A DNA stretch of 15,132 nucleotides from an uncultured Deinococcales bacterium (GTDB taxonomy: Bacteria; Deinococcota; Deinococci; Deinococcales; JAAFIG01): NCBI GenBank assembly GCA_964247135.1, contig CAXTTL010000118.1, forward strand, positions 1 through 15,132, written 5' to 3'. Position numbers and translations under genes: made by a program. The notes below the pieces were generated by a model. That model was not told the origin of the DNA and ran no database searches. It saw only the letters and a program-made list of their open reading frames with translations. Positions 1 through 8,367 of this stretch are shown piece after piece; position 1 is the stretch's first letter; each line of letters opens with the position of its first letter.

Positions 1-772
1 CAACAGCAAACAATGCCAAAACGAAATACCGCAAGTACGAAACCCATGCCAAATGGCGGACACTATCAGGAATCAAGCCAGAGGCGAAATACACGCCAAA
101 CACCAATACCAAACCGACCAGCGTCACCAAAACCCGAGTCAGCCAGGTTTTGGGCACCTCAAAATCAGCGCTCGAGATGAGAAACGCCACCGCCACCCCG
201 AGCGAGCGGGCAACGTCCAGACCAGCAAAAAACGCAACAACCAAACCCAGAATCACCGCAATGACTTTCGCCGTCAGGTTCAAAACGGGAACCTCGAGCC
301 GAGACGCGATCACGCTGACCAGCAAACCGATCCCAAGCCCAATCAGCACGTCCTGGGCGAAATGAACCGCCAAGTAAACCCTCGAGAATCCGATAACCAG
401 CGCCATCAAAACGCAAAGAGCAACAAACCAAGTTCTGGGATGCTTTTCTGCCAGAAAACCCCAAACGAACGCCGCGTTTTGAGCGTGACCGCTGGGCATC
501 CCGCCACCGCCAGCGGTCGCCATCGCCTTGGCACTCGCCAGCCCTGGCGCGAGTTCATACGGACGCTGGGTGTGAAACAACAGTTTTAAACCCGTATTGA
601 GTGCCACATTGATGCCAAACCAAAACCCCAACTGCCGACCTATTTTTGGCGAAACCAACCATGAATACAACGCCAGCACAGCAATATAGGTATTTTCAGA
701 ACCGAGATTGGTGATGAACAACATCAGGTTCTCGAGCGAACCGTTGCCGCGAACAAACAAAATGGTTTCCAT
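1..772 (-). CDS. PAP2 family membrane phosphatase (3' end runs off the window)
   Basis: Not in the ORF track because it has no stop in the window. My translation from ATG at 772 gives METILFVRGNGSLENLMLFITNLGSE...LKLLFHTQRP...MPSGHAQNA...IGFSRVYLAVHFAQDV, containing the three PAP2 motifs (Kx6RP, PSGH, SRxxxxxHxxxD) plus several hydrophobic helices. Confidence 0.9.
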   Translation of the reverse strand, partial: METILFVRGNGSLENLMLFITNLGSENTYIAVLALYSWLVSPKIGRQLGFWFGINVALNTGLKLLFHTQRPYELAPGLASAKAMATAGGGGMPSGHAQNAAFVWGFLAEKHPRTWFVALCVLMALVIGFSRVYLAVHFAQDVLIGLGIGLLVSVIASRLEVPVLNLTAKVIAVILGLVVAFFAGLDVARSLGVAVAFLISSADFEVPKTWLTRVLVTLVGLVLVFGVYFASGLIPDSVRHLAWVSYLRYFVLALFAV

Positions 773-913
773 ACAAACATGAGCTTAACCCGTGATTGAA
801 TCACAACGACAGTCCGAGCTTTGAATCTTGAACAATTGAATTCGATAGCCTGTAGACTGGCGCTCGAGGTCAGTCAGATGCCGTCACTCCCCATTGACAT
901 GACAGGAGTTTTT

Positions 914-1273
914 ATGAATTTGATTGCCAGTGTTTTGGTCGGTTTGGTCGCGCTGGAGCATCTTTTCTTTTTGATCCTCGAGATGTTTTTGTGGCAATCA
1001 AAGGTGGCGGCAAGGGCATTTAATTTGACCCCCGATTTTGCCGCCCAGTCCAAAGCGATGGCAGCCAATCAAGGTTTGTACAACGGCTTTTTGGCGGCTG
1101 GTTTGATTTGGGGTTTGTTGCCTGGCACTGCGGGGTTTGACGTCAAAATATTTTTCTTGGCTTGTGTGATCGTTGCAGGCGTTTTTGGGGCAGTGACCGT
1201 CAGTCCCAGAATTTTGTTTGTTCAAGCCATTCCTGCTGCGTTAGCCATGTTGTTCGTGTTTTTGGCAAAATGA
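914..1273 (+). CDS. DUF1304 family membrane protein
   Basis: AGGAG RBS at 904-908 before ATG 914. The protein has LVALEHLFFLILEMFLW and the characteristic ANQGLYNGFLAAGL and IFFLACVIVAGVFGA segments. Confidence 0.85.
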   Translation: MNLIASVLVGLVALEHLFFLILEMFLWQSKVAARAFNLTPDFAAQSKAMAANQGLYNGFLAAGLIWGLLPGTAGFDVKIFFLACVIVAGVFGAVTVSPRILFVQAIPAALAMLFVFLAK

Positions 1274-1833
1274 ACCAGATTTCGGGCGCAATTCTGACAG
1301 GGGGACGTTCGAGCCGATTTGGGCGTGACAAAGCCCTGGAAGTTTGGCACGGAAAGACGCTGCTCGAGCACGTTGCGGCGGCGCTCGAGGGATGTCAAGA
1401 TCGTTTTATCGTTGGAGGAAACCTCGAGCGGTACGGTTTTCTAGATTTGCCCGTTTACCCTGACCTCGAGTTACATCAAGGCAGTTTGTGCGGTCTGTCT
1501 CGAGCGCTCGAACTTTCAACATGCCCTCGAGTGGCGATCAGCGCTTGTGACACGCCGAATTTAACCAGAAAGTATTGGGAATTTTTGGCGAACTTTTCAG
1601 AATTCGAGATTGTGATTCCAGAGAATTCAGATGGTTTTCTCGAGCCGCTGGCGGCAATCTACAGCAAAAATTGTTTAGCGCACGTTCAATCGGCGCTCGA
1701 GGTCGAAAATCTCAAAATGACAGGATGGTTTTCGGAACTCGAGGTTCGGATTGTGAAATGGTCTGAACTCGAGGGGCATTTCAAACCCAGTCTTTTTTTG
1801 AACGCCAACACGCCAAACGATTTACTCGGCTGA
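1270..1833 (+). CDS. mobA: Molybdenum cofactor guanylyltransferase
   Basis: ATGA overlap with the upstream gene. Motifs GAILTGGRSSRFGRDKA, ACDTP and EPLAAIYS, plus C-terminal FLNANTPNDL. Confidence 0.88.
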   Translation: MNQISGAILTGGRSSRFGRDKALEVWHGKTLLEHVAAALEGCQDRFIVGGNLERYGFLDLPVYPDLELHQGSLCGLSRALELSTCPRVAISACDTPNLTRKYWEFLANFSEFEIVIPENSDGFLEPLAAIYSKNCLAHVQSALEVENLKMTGWFSELEVRIVKWSELEGHFKPSLFLNANTPNDLLG

Positions 1834-2490
1834 GCGGTCGGTCAAATCCAGTTCTTCCAAAGGCTCGAGTTTTTCTGGTTGCGCGTCAATTTTTGTTTCT
1901 TTATCTTCTTCGTCCGAAAAGACGCCGATACGCATACCCTTGCCAGATTTTCCACCGCTGTATTGCTCAAATTCGGGTTCGGACTCGAGCCAGCGCCGCG
2001 CGAAGAACAACAGCAATTCTCGAGTGAAAAACATAAACGTCAGCAAGCCAAAGGCGTCAACCTGCAAGCGAAAAATGGTGACGAAGAACAAGACCCCGAC
2101 GATCACCGCGTCCGAGACCGCCGCCAGTGCCCTGGCGTAAATTTCAAAGGTGCGTTCGTCCATTTTCTCTTGCTCGGCAAACAGGGTAACCAGCATGGCG
2201 GCGCCAATCCAGAGGTAAGCAATGTTTTGGGTCATTGCAAAACCAGCCAGCGCGACCCCTGTGGTGAGCATCAGGATTTGCGGCGTCATCAAGCGGTCCC
2301 TGAGGTTGCGAACGTCAACATCGATGTCAAGACTGCTTTTGCCGTCAGAAGTGCGCCGCACAAAACGCCTCGCCAGGGCGGTTGGTGAAACCACCAACAA
2401 GATTGATGGCAGGGTGATGGCACGCAGCAAGAAAAAGATCACCAGGTAAAAATTCGCGCAAAAAAGCAGCAAACCAAAAATAAAACTCAT
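1822..2490 (-). CDS. Hypothetical multi-pass membrane protein with a DER motif (DUF2178-like by inference) and an acidic C-terminal tail
   Basis: 222-aa ORF with about 5 hydrophobic segments and EKMDERTFEIYARA. Its start overlaps the XRE stop codon (ATGA, 2487-2490). Confidence 0.75.
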   Translation of the reverse strand: MSFIFGLLLFCANFYLVIFFLLRAITLPSILLVVSPTALARRFVRRTSDGKSSLDIDVDVRNLRDRLMTPQILMLTTGVALAGFAMTQNIAYLWIGAAMLVTLFAEQEKMDERTFEIYARALAAVSDAVIVGVLFFVTIFRLQVDAFGLLTFMFFTRELLLFFARRWLESEPEFEQYSGGKSGKGMRIGVFSDEEDKETKIDAQPEKLEPLEELDLTDRSAE

Positions 2491-2687
2491 GTGGTTTTCT
2501 CCTCGAGAAAAATCTCTTCAATTTTTTGTTGAAAAAGCCTGGCGAGTTTGAACGCCAAAGGCAAACTCGGGTCGTATTTCCCAGTCTCGAGCGCGTTGAC
2601 GGTTTGACGGCTGACCCCAAGCTCGTCTGCCAGATCGGCTTGCGACCAGCGTTTGACGGCGCGGAGTTCTCGGATGCGATTTTCCAT
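2487..2687 (-). CDS. Small XRE-family (HTH_3, COG1476-like) transcriptional regulator
   Basis: MENRIRELRAVKRWSQADLADELGVSRQTVNALETGKYDPSLPLAFKLARLF. ATG at 2687 overlaps the M48 peptidase stop (TGATG). Confidence 0.93.
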   Translation of the reverse strand: MENRIRELRAVKRWSQADLADELGVSRQTVNALETGKYDPSLPLAFKLARLFQQKIEEIFLEEKTT

Positions 2688-3841
2688 CAGGTGACAGCGA
2701 TTCCTTTGCTGGCAGCCCAAGCGCGAGCGGCGGCGATGCGTTTTTCGATGCTTGGATGGTCATGCAACCAGAATTCGACCCAAGCTGGCGGGTTTGGGTC
2801 AGACAGGTTTTCTTTGGCGAGGCTGCGAAACGCGGCTTCAAATGCGATTGGGTTTTTGGTGATCTCGAGCGCGAATTTGTCGGCGGCGTACTCGGCGGCT
2901 CGGGTGTTGGCGTTGGTGAGCAAACTAAACAATTGCCCGACGATGGTTGCCACAAAAAAGAACACGGGCAGCGTGGCAATGTCGCTCGAGCCGCGCAAGC
3001 CACCCTGCAAACCGATGCTCGAGAATGCCCAATTTGCCAGCGCGATAATCAAGGCAAATTGCAACCACGCCAGCGCCAGCCCCTTGTACAAATCCTTGTG
3101 GACTTTATGCCCGATTTCGTGTGCCAACACAACCTCGATGCCTTCAGGCTGCATACTTGCCATCAAAGTGTCCGAAATCAGGACTTCTGAACCGAAACCG
3201 TCTGGAATCAGGGCGGCATTGCCTTGTTTGGTTTTCTCGCCGAACAGCCAACGGCTGGTTTTGGTGAGCTTTACGCCAGACGCAGCAAAAATCTTTTTGA
3301 CCCGAGCCTCGAGTTCTGGGTTCTCGAGCGGCGCACTTTTAAACCGCATTTTGGCGAGCATTGGACTGATAAATAAAAGCACCGCAAAGAACACGGTCAC
3401 GCCAGCCATCGCCACCGGAAACCAGGCGTCAGGAAAGGCTCGAAAGGCGGCGTACAAACCAAACAGCAACACGGCAAAAATGGCACTCGAGGTGGCGGTT
3501 TCTTTGATGTTGTCAAGCAGCCAACCCGCAAAATTTTGTTTTAGCAAACCGAATTTTTTGCCGCTTAAAAACCCAAAATAATACGAGATTGGAAATTCCA
3601 CGAGGCTCGAGATCACAAAAAACACGACAATAAATAGAATTCTCGAGATGAAGTCCTTGTCGCCGCCGAGGGCGTCGCGCAGGCTGCTCGAGAGTCCGCC
3701 GTACACCCAGACGAAAAAGAACACGACAGCCAAGACCAGTCCCAAAATGCTCGAGATCACGTTCTCTTGCTCTCGGGCGCGGGCTTTGGCGAGGTCGGTT
3801 CCGGTCAATATTGCGGGTTGTGGGTTTTCAGTATTCGTCAT
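2687..3841 (-). CDS. M48 family (Ste24/CAAX-protease-like) membrane zinc metallopeptidase
   Basis: HEIGH zinc motif, AEYAADKFA third-ligand region, C-terminal DHPSIEKRI, and N-terminal transmembrane helices. Confidence 0.92.
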   Translation of the reverse strand: MTNTENPQPAILTGTDLAKARAREQENVISSILGLVLAVVFFFVWVYGGLSSSLRDALGGDKDFISRILFIVVFFVISSLVEFPISYYFGFLSGKKFGLLKQNFAGWLLDNIKETATSSAIFAVLLFGLYAAFRAFPDAWFPVAMAGVTVFFAVLLFISPMLAKMRFKSAPLENPELEARVKKIFAASGVKLTKTSRWLFGEKTKQGNAALIPDGFGSEVLISDTLMASMQPEGIEVVLAHEIGHKVHKDLYKGLALAWLQFALIIALANWAFSSIGLQGGLRGSSDIATLPVFFFVATIVGQLFSLLTNANTRAAEYAADKFALEITKNPIAFEAAFRSLAKENLSDPNPPAWVEFWLHDHPSIEKRIAAARAWAASKGIAVT

Positions 3842-3869
3842 GCGTTTATTCTTTCAGAAATGCCTTGGG

Positions 3870-4895
3870 CTATGCGAGTTTCTCGAGGATGGTATCCGTA
3901 TTGCCTTGCCAGACCGTTGCGGCGTGATACGGCTCAAATCCAAGTTCAATGTTGATTTTGAGCATGGCGGCGTTGGTGTCGGCATTGCCTGTGCGAACAA
4001 ATTTGGTTTCAGGATTCAGTCGCAACATCGCCTGAAGGTTTGCCGCCTTCAACCATCGCCCCAATCCTTGATTGCGATGCTCGAGGTTTACACCCGTTGC
4101 TTCCTGAGTGACAATACTGGCACGGGTTGGATGCCACTCGAGTTCGGTGTAGCCCGCGAATTCGCCGGTGGTGCGGTGCTTAACGTAACTGACGATTCGT
4201 TTGCCACCAGCCCCGAATTTGACTTTTTCCATGTCACGAATGACCTCTGGGCTGATGTGCTGGTCTTCCATCTCGAGGTCACCTTTTGGTTGTGTGTTCA
4301 TGACGTCCATCAATTTGCTGAACGCCAAAATATCAACCTCTGGAATTGCGCCATCCCAACTGCCCAACTCGTAATCTGAGGCTCGGGTTTGAGCAGCTTT
4401 GATCCAAGTTTCCAGTTTATCAGTCTCGAGGTTGGCAACCTCGAGTTGGCTGACCTTGGTTTCCATGCCACGACCAAAACCATAATGCTCGAGAAAGCTT
4501 TCGCCGGCTGGGATTTTGTCATGGCTAAAGGCAAGCAAAAGGCTACGGTTTGCATTTTTTGCGGTTTCGCACACCTGTTTGAGAATGGTTGATCCCAAAC
4601 CTTTGTTGCGGTGTTCGGGCACAACCTGAATGTTACATTGTGCCATGTGTTGGTTATCGGGCAGGTGAACAATTTGCAAATTTGCAAAACCGATGGCGCC
4701 GTTGTTCGCTCGAGCCAGCCAAATATGAACCTCGACAAAATCGGGCATGTTCTTAAATTCTTGAATTCGCACTTCGGGTTGAGCTGGTGGATCATTTGGG
4801 TGTGTTTCTGTGCGCAATGTATTACTCAGTTCGGTGAATTCTCTAATTTCGGTTTCAGAGATGGATTTTGCCGTGTGTTGTGTAATCTCAAACAT
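3870..4895 (-). CDS. Tandem-domain GNAT N-acetyltransferase
   Basis: Two acetyl-CoA binding motifs (VVPEHRNKGLGS and VNLEHRNQGLGRWLK) plus NADTNAAMLKINIELGF. Start placed at ATG 4895 (MFEITQH). Confidence 0.9.
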   Translation of the reverse strand: MFEITQHTAKSISETEIREFTELSNTLRTETHPNDPPAQPEVRIQEFKNMPDFVEVHIWLARANNGAIGFANLQIVHLPDNQHMAQCNIQVVPEHRNKGLGSTILKQVCETAKNANRSLLLAFSHDKIPAGESFLEHYGFGRGMETKVSQLEVANLETDKLETWIKAAQTRASDYELGSWDGAIPEVDILAFSKLMDVMNTQPKGDLEMEDQHISPEVIRDMEKVKFGAGGKRIVSYVKHRTTGEFAGYTELEWHPTRASIVTQEATGVNLEHRNQGLGRWLKAANLQAMLRLNPETKFVRTGNADTNAAMLKINIELGFEPYHAATVWQGNTDTILEKLA

Positions 4896-5088
4896 GTTTT
4901 TGCACCTGAACTTTTCCAGTAATCTCGAGGCTACCAATTGTTAAAGCGCGAAGCTCGAGGATCAAAGTCCTGATGGCGAGCTGAAGGTTTTTGAGGTGCT
5001 CCCGACGAATTGGCTCGAGGATGTTGTGAAGTGATGCCTCGTAGTGAAGTTGCTCGAGTTTGAATGGCGTGTTTTGGAAACTGTTCAT
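4888..5088 (-). CDS. Small hypothetical protein (66 aa), first gene of the GNAT/M48/XRE cluster
   Basis: AAGGGAAC RBS-like sequence before ATG 5088 (MNSFQNTPFKLEQLHYEASLHNILEPIRREHL...). Its stop overlaps the GNAT start by 8 bp. Confidence 0.55.
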   Translation of the reverse strand: MNSFQNTPFKLEQLHYEASLHNILEPIRREHLKNLQLAIRTLILELRALTIGSLEITGKVQVQKHV

Positions 5089-5121
5089 GGTGTTCCCTTT
5101 CGACATCCTCGAATCTCGAGG

Positions 5122-5203
5122 TGTCAATGTTGCTTGACATCAATGTAAAGGAAGCTTGGCTTTTTGTCAAGTGTAATTGTCAGAATGTCATTTTTACTTG
5201 ACA
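5122..5203. promoter_or_regulatory. Array of four 18-bp palindromic operator-like boxes (TGTCA-N8-TGACA type)
   Basis: TGTCAATGTTGCTTGACA 5122-5139; TGTAAAGGAAGCTTGGCT 5144-5161 (degenerate); TGTCAAGTGTAATTGTCA 5165-5182; TGTCATTTTTACTTGACA 5186-5203. They lie in the divergent intergenic region and contain TTGACA hexamers on both strands. Confidence 0.7.
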
Positions 5204-5233
5204 CACTCGAGTCGCTTGTTAAACTATCCCCCG

Positions 5234-6127
5234 ATGCAACCAGACGCCACACCAACCACCAAAGCCTACGCCCGCCCCAACACCGCACGGCTGCTGATTT
5301 CCTGCCCAGATCGGCGCGGTATCGTCGCCGCCGTCTCGCAATTCTTGTACAGCCACAACGCCAACATCATGTCCAGCGATCAGCACAGCACCGACCCCGA
5401 AGGCGGCACGTTTTTCATGCGCCAAGAATTTCATTTGGAAGGTTTGGATTTGACCAAATCCCAATTCGAGAAAACCTTCCAGGAAGTCGTTGCCACCCCG
5501 TTTGGCATGGACTGGAAGGTCTGGTACGCCTCTGAACCCAAACGCATGGCAATCCTGTGCAGCAAATACGATCACTGCATCATGGATTTGCTCTGGCGGG
5601 TGCGGCGCGGCGAATTTGACGCCGAAATTCCATTTGTCATTTCCAACCACCAAGACCTCGAGCCTGACGTGCACACCTTCGGCATTCCATTTCATTACGT
5701 GCCAGTCGAAAAGGCTGACAAAGCCAGCAGTGAGCAAAAAATTCTCGAGCTGTTAAAAGGCAACGCCGATTTTGTGGTTTTGGCACGCTACATGCAAATT
5801 CTGTCGGGCGATTTTCTCGATCAAACCCAGATGCCCGTCATCAACATTCACCACAGCTTTTTGCCCGCGTTCATCGGCGCGAACCCGTACAAAAGCGCCC
5901 TGGCTCGAGGTGTCAAACTGGTGGGCGCAACCGCGCATTACGTGACCGCCGAACTCGACGCTGGACCCATCATCGAACAAGATGTCGCCCGGGTTTCGCA
6001 CCGCGATGACGTGAAAGCCCTGACCAGAATTGGGCGCGACATCGAACGCAATGTTTTGGCTCGAGCGGTCAAAGCGCATCTCGAGGATCGGGTGTTGGTG
6101 CATCAGAATAAGACGGTCGTGTTTTAA
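5234..6127 (+). CDS. purU: Formyltetrahydrofolate deformylase
   Basis: N-terminal ACT domain ([16 protein letters not shown]), [50 protein letters not shown], and C-terminal NKTVVF. Confidence 0.97.
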   Translation: MQPDATPTTKAYARPNTARLLISCPDRRGIVAAVSQFLYSHNANIMSSDQHSTDPEGGTFFMRQEFHLEGLDLTKSQFEKTFQEVVATPFGMDWKVWYASEPKRMAILCSKYDHCIMDLLWRVRRGEFDAEIPFVISNHQDLEPDVHTFGIPFHYVPVEKADKASSEQKILELLKGNADFVVLARYMQILSGDFLDQTQMPVINIHHSFLPAFIGANPYKSALARGVKLVGATAHYVTAELDAGPIIEQDVARVSHRDDVKALTRIGRDIERNVLARAVKAHLEDRVLVHQNKTVVF

Positions 6128-6130
6128 AAC

Positions 6131-6165
6131 AAAAAAGCCGTGAGCGTTGATGCTCACGGCTTCTC
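6131..6165. terminator. Intrinsic terminator-like hairpin between convergent purU and the SBP gene
   Basis: 11-bp stem AAGCCGTGAGC (6135-6145) / GCTCACGGCTT (6152-6162). The preceding A-tract gives a U-tract on the minus strand. Confidence 0.8.
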
Positions 6166-6178
6166 GAGATTTTTAAAA

Positions 6179-7162
6179 TTATTTTGCTTGAACGTTTTTC
6201 AAGTAAATATTGGTGTAAAACGTGCTGCGCTTGGCAGGCTTCGGCAGGCGTCCCACCGATTTCAGAAGATCAATCGCGCTTTGCCAACCATTCGGATTGC
6301 TAAAACCAATCCCTTCGGCTTCGGTAAACGCGCTCTGGTACAACGGAATGCTCGCCTCGAGCACCTTCATGCCCTCGTCACCCAAGTTTTGCACAAATTT
6401 CTTGCTGGCTTCAAAGGCGACCTTGGGGGTTTTGATGGTGGTGACCATCGCGTCCTGATTTGCCGCCAAAAATGCCTTCACAAGTTCTGGTTTCTCGAGG
6501 TTGGCGTCGGTGGTGATCACGCCAACGCCTGGGGCGCGGTTGTACTTGGCGGCAGGAATCACGTTTAGTTTAATGTTTTGCGCGGCGGCTTTGACGGGTT
6601 CGTTGTTGATGAAGCCCATCGCCACGTCCACACGATCTGCCACGACCGCCTCGAGTTGAGTAAAGCCAATCTCGAGAATCTTGACATCGGATTCCTTCAG
6701 TTTGGCGGTTTTGAGCGTGGCTTGCAGGCTCGTCCAGGAGTTGCCGTACTTGCCTGGAATGCCGATGGTCTTGCCTTTCAGGTCTTTGATGGTTTTGATG
6801 TTTTTTTCTGCCTTGCTGAACAGGGCATTTGGCACGTTTTGATACAATGCCATGACGTATTTGAACGGCGCGGCTTTGGCGTTTTCGGAGCGCAACAAGA
6901 CCACATCCTCGGCGTCGGCAACGACATAATCGAGCTTGCCAGCCGCCAGCAGCGGATACAGTTCGTTGGTGAACCCGTGCTGGAATTCGACCTCAAAACC
7001 GGCTTTTTTGTACGCGCCACTGGTTTGTGCCAAATAAAACGGAGCAAATTGCACGTCTGGTAAATAACCCAGACCCACTTTGATCTTGGTGGTTCCAGTT
7101 TGCGAGAACGCGATGGGGGAGAGCACGACGGCGGTCAGCAAGAACAACAACGGTTTTTTCAT
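6179..7162 (-). CDS. ABC transporter substrate-binding protein, NMT1/THI5 family (RibY-like; vitamin or precursor ligand plausible)
   Basis: Signal peptide MKKPLLFLLTAVVLSPIAFS, then GLGYLPDVQFAPFYLA, DLKGKTIGIPGKYG and IGFTQLEAVVADRVDVAMGFINNEP. GAGG RBS upstream. Confidence 0.85.
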   Translation of the reverse strand: MKKPLLFLLTAVVLSPIAFSQTGTTKIKVGLGYLPDVQFAPFYLAQTSGAYKKAGFEVEFQHGFTNELYPLLAAGKLDYVVADAEDVVLLRSENAKAAPFKYVMALYQNVPNALFSKAEKNIKTIKDLKGKTIGIPGKYGNSWTSLQATLKTAKLKESDVKILEIGFTQLEAVVADRVDVAMGFINNEPVKAAAQNIKLNVIPAAKYNRAPGVGVITTDANLEKPELVKAFLAANQDAMVTTIKTPKVAFEASKKFVQNLGDEGMKVLEASIPLYQSAFTEAEGIGFSNPNGWQSAIDLLKSVGRLPKPAKRSTFYTNIYLKNVQAK

Positions 7163-7311
7163 GGTTTACCTCACCCAAACTCGAGCCTCAAACCCGAGGA
7201 AGAAAACGAAAGACTGTAAAACTCGGGGCACGACCCGAGCCAGTGTAACGCGTGCGTATGAAAATCTTGAAGTCCACGTCACGATTCGCGCTTGGGCGTT
7301 AGAATTGACCC

Positions 7312-8265
7312 ATGCCTAGAATCCTGATCCCTGATTCCGTCACCTGGGAACTTCCCGAATTGCCGCTCGAGGTGGTGCGTTTTAACCGTCATGAGAGTCT
7401 GGAAGGACTTGATGCCGAAGGTTTGGTCGTCTGGGGCATCACCAGCAAAGGGCTTGCGCCGCTGCTCGAGATGCCCAGCCTCAAATGGGTTCAAACCTTC
7501 ACGGCTGGGATCAATCACGTGCTCGATTTGAATCCTCGAGAAAGCATTCTGGTTTCCAACGGTAAGGGCTTGCACGATGCGCCCACCGCCGAACTCGCCG
7601 TGACGCTGCTGCTTTCAGCCGTGCGCCGAATGCACCTGCACCGCGACCACCAAAGCGCCAAAAGTTGGGACAAAGCCTTTTACAACCAAGCCGTCAACGC
7701 CCCCAGCACGCAACTGATGACGCTCGAGGGGGCGAATGTTTTGATTCTGGGGATGGGGGCAATCGGACTCGAGATTGCGCACCGCTTGCAACCGTTCGGC
7801 GCGAGTGTTGAGGGGGTTGCCAACACTTCTGGCGACCGCGAAGGTTTTGTCACCCACGCCATCGAAGACCTGGACTTGGTGCTACCCAGCGCCGACGCCG
7901 TCATCATGGTGCTGCCCGACACACCAGCCACCCAGCACATCATGAACGCAGAACGCCTCGCGCTGCTTTCCCCTCGAGCCTGGGTGGTCAACGTCGGACG
8001 CGGCAGCGCGATAGACGAAAACGCCCTGATTGCCGCACTCGAGAAACACGAAATTGGCGGTGCAGCTTTGGATGTGACCGACCTCGAGCCGCTGCCGAGT
8101 GATTCCAAACTCTGGTCGCTCGAGAATTGCATTCTGACGCCGCACATTGCGGGCGGTGGACCCAATCTGATTGGCAAAGCCAACGCGTTACTTGAGCGCA
8201 ATGCCGAAAAATTCGTGGCGGGGGAAACGCTCGAGAATCTGGTCAGCCGCGAGAAAGGGTATTGA
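7312..8265 (+). CDS. D-isomer-specific 2-hydroxyacid dehydrogenase (NAD(P)-binding)
   Basis: Rossmann motif ILGMGAIG, VNVGRGSAIDE, ALDVTDLEPLP, and catalytic LTPHIAG. Confidence 0.92.
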   Translation: MPRILIPDSVTWELPELPLEVVRFNRHESLEGLDAEGLVVWGITSKGLAPLLEMPSLKWVQTFTAGINHVLDLNPRESILVSNGKGLHDAPTAELAVTLLLSAVRRMHLHRDHQSAKSWDKAFYNQAVNAPSTQLMTLEGANVLILGMGAIGLEIAHRLQPFGASVEGVANTSGDREGFVTHAIEDLDLVLPSADAVIMVLPDTPATQHIMNAERLALLSPRAWVVNVGRGSAIDENALIAALEKHEIGGAALDVTDLEPLPSDSKLWSLENCILTPHIAGGGPNLIGKANALLERNAEKFVAGETLENLVSREKGY

Positions 8266-8367
8266 TTCCTCGAGTCTCGGATTGCAAGTGTGGGGTTGCA
8301 GTCAAACGCCCCGCGTCAAATCCTGGTAAATTGATTGGTCGAGTCGGAATTCGACCTTTCAACCTGT

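Noticed and set aside
53-589. 178-aa plus-strand ORF
   Set aside because: Antisense shadow of the PAP2 gene, which has clear catalytic motifs on the minus strand.
821-913. Longer N-termini in the ORF track (821, 1162, 4937, 5177, 8335, 11044)
   Set aside because: Downstream ATGs fit better with RBS position, stop/start overlaps or the expected family N-terminus.
2526-3581. 351-aa plus-strand ORF
   Set aside because: Antisense to the M48 peptidase and XRE genes, with no recognisable motifs.
3648-4379. 243-aa plus-strand ORF
   Set aside because: Antisense to the GNAT and M48 genes; a shadow ORF.
5122-5203. Possible mini-CRISPR or iteron array
   Set aside because: Units are 18-bp palindromes with 3-4 bp gaps, with no spacers and no cas or rep genes. 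Operators explain them better.
7163-7311. TPP or FMN riboswitch upstream of the SBP gene
   Set aside because: The conserved aptamer cores are not visible and the region is short.
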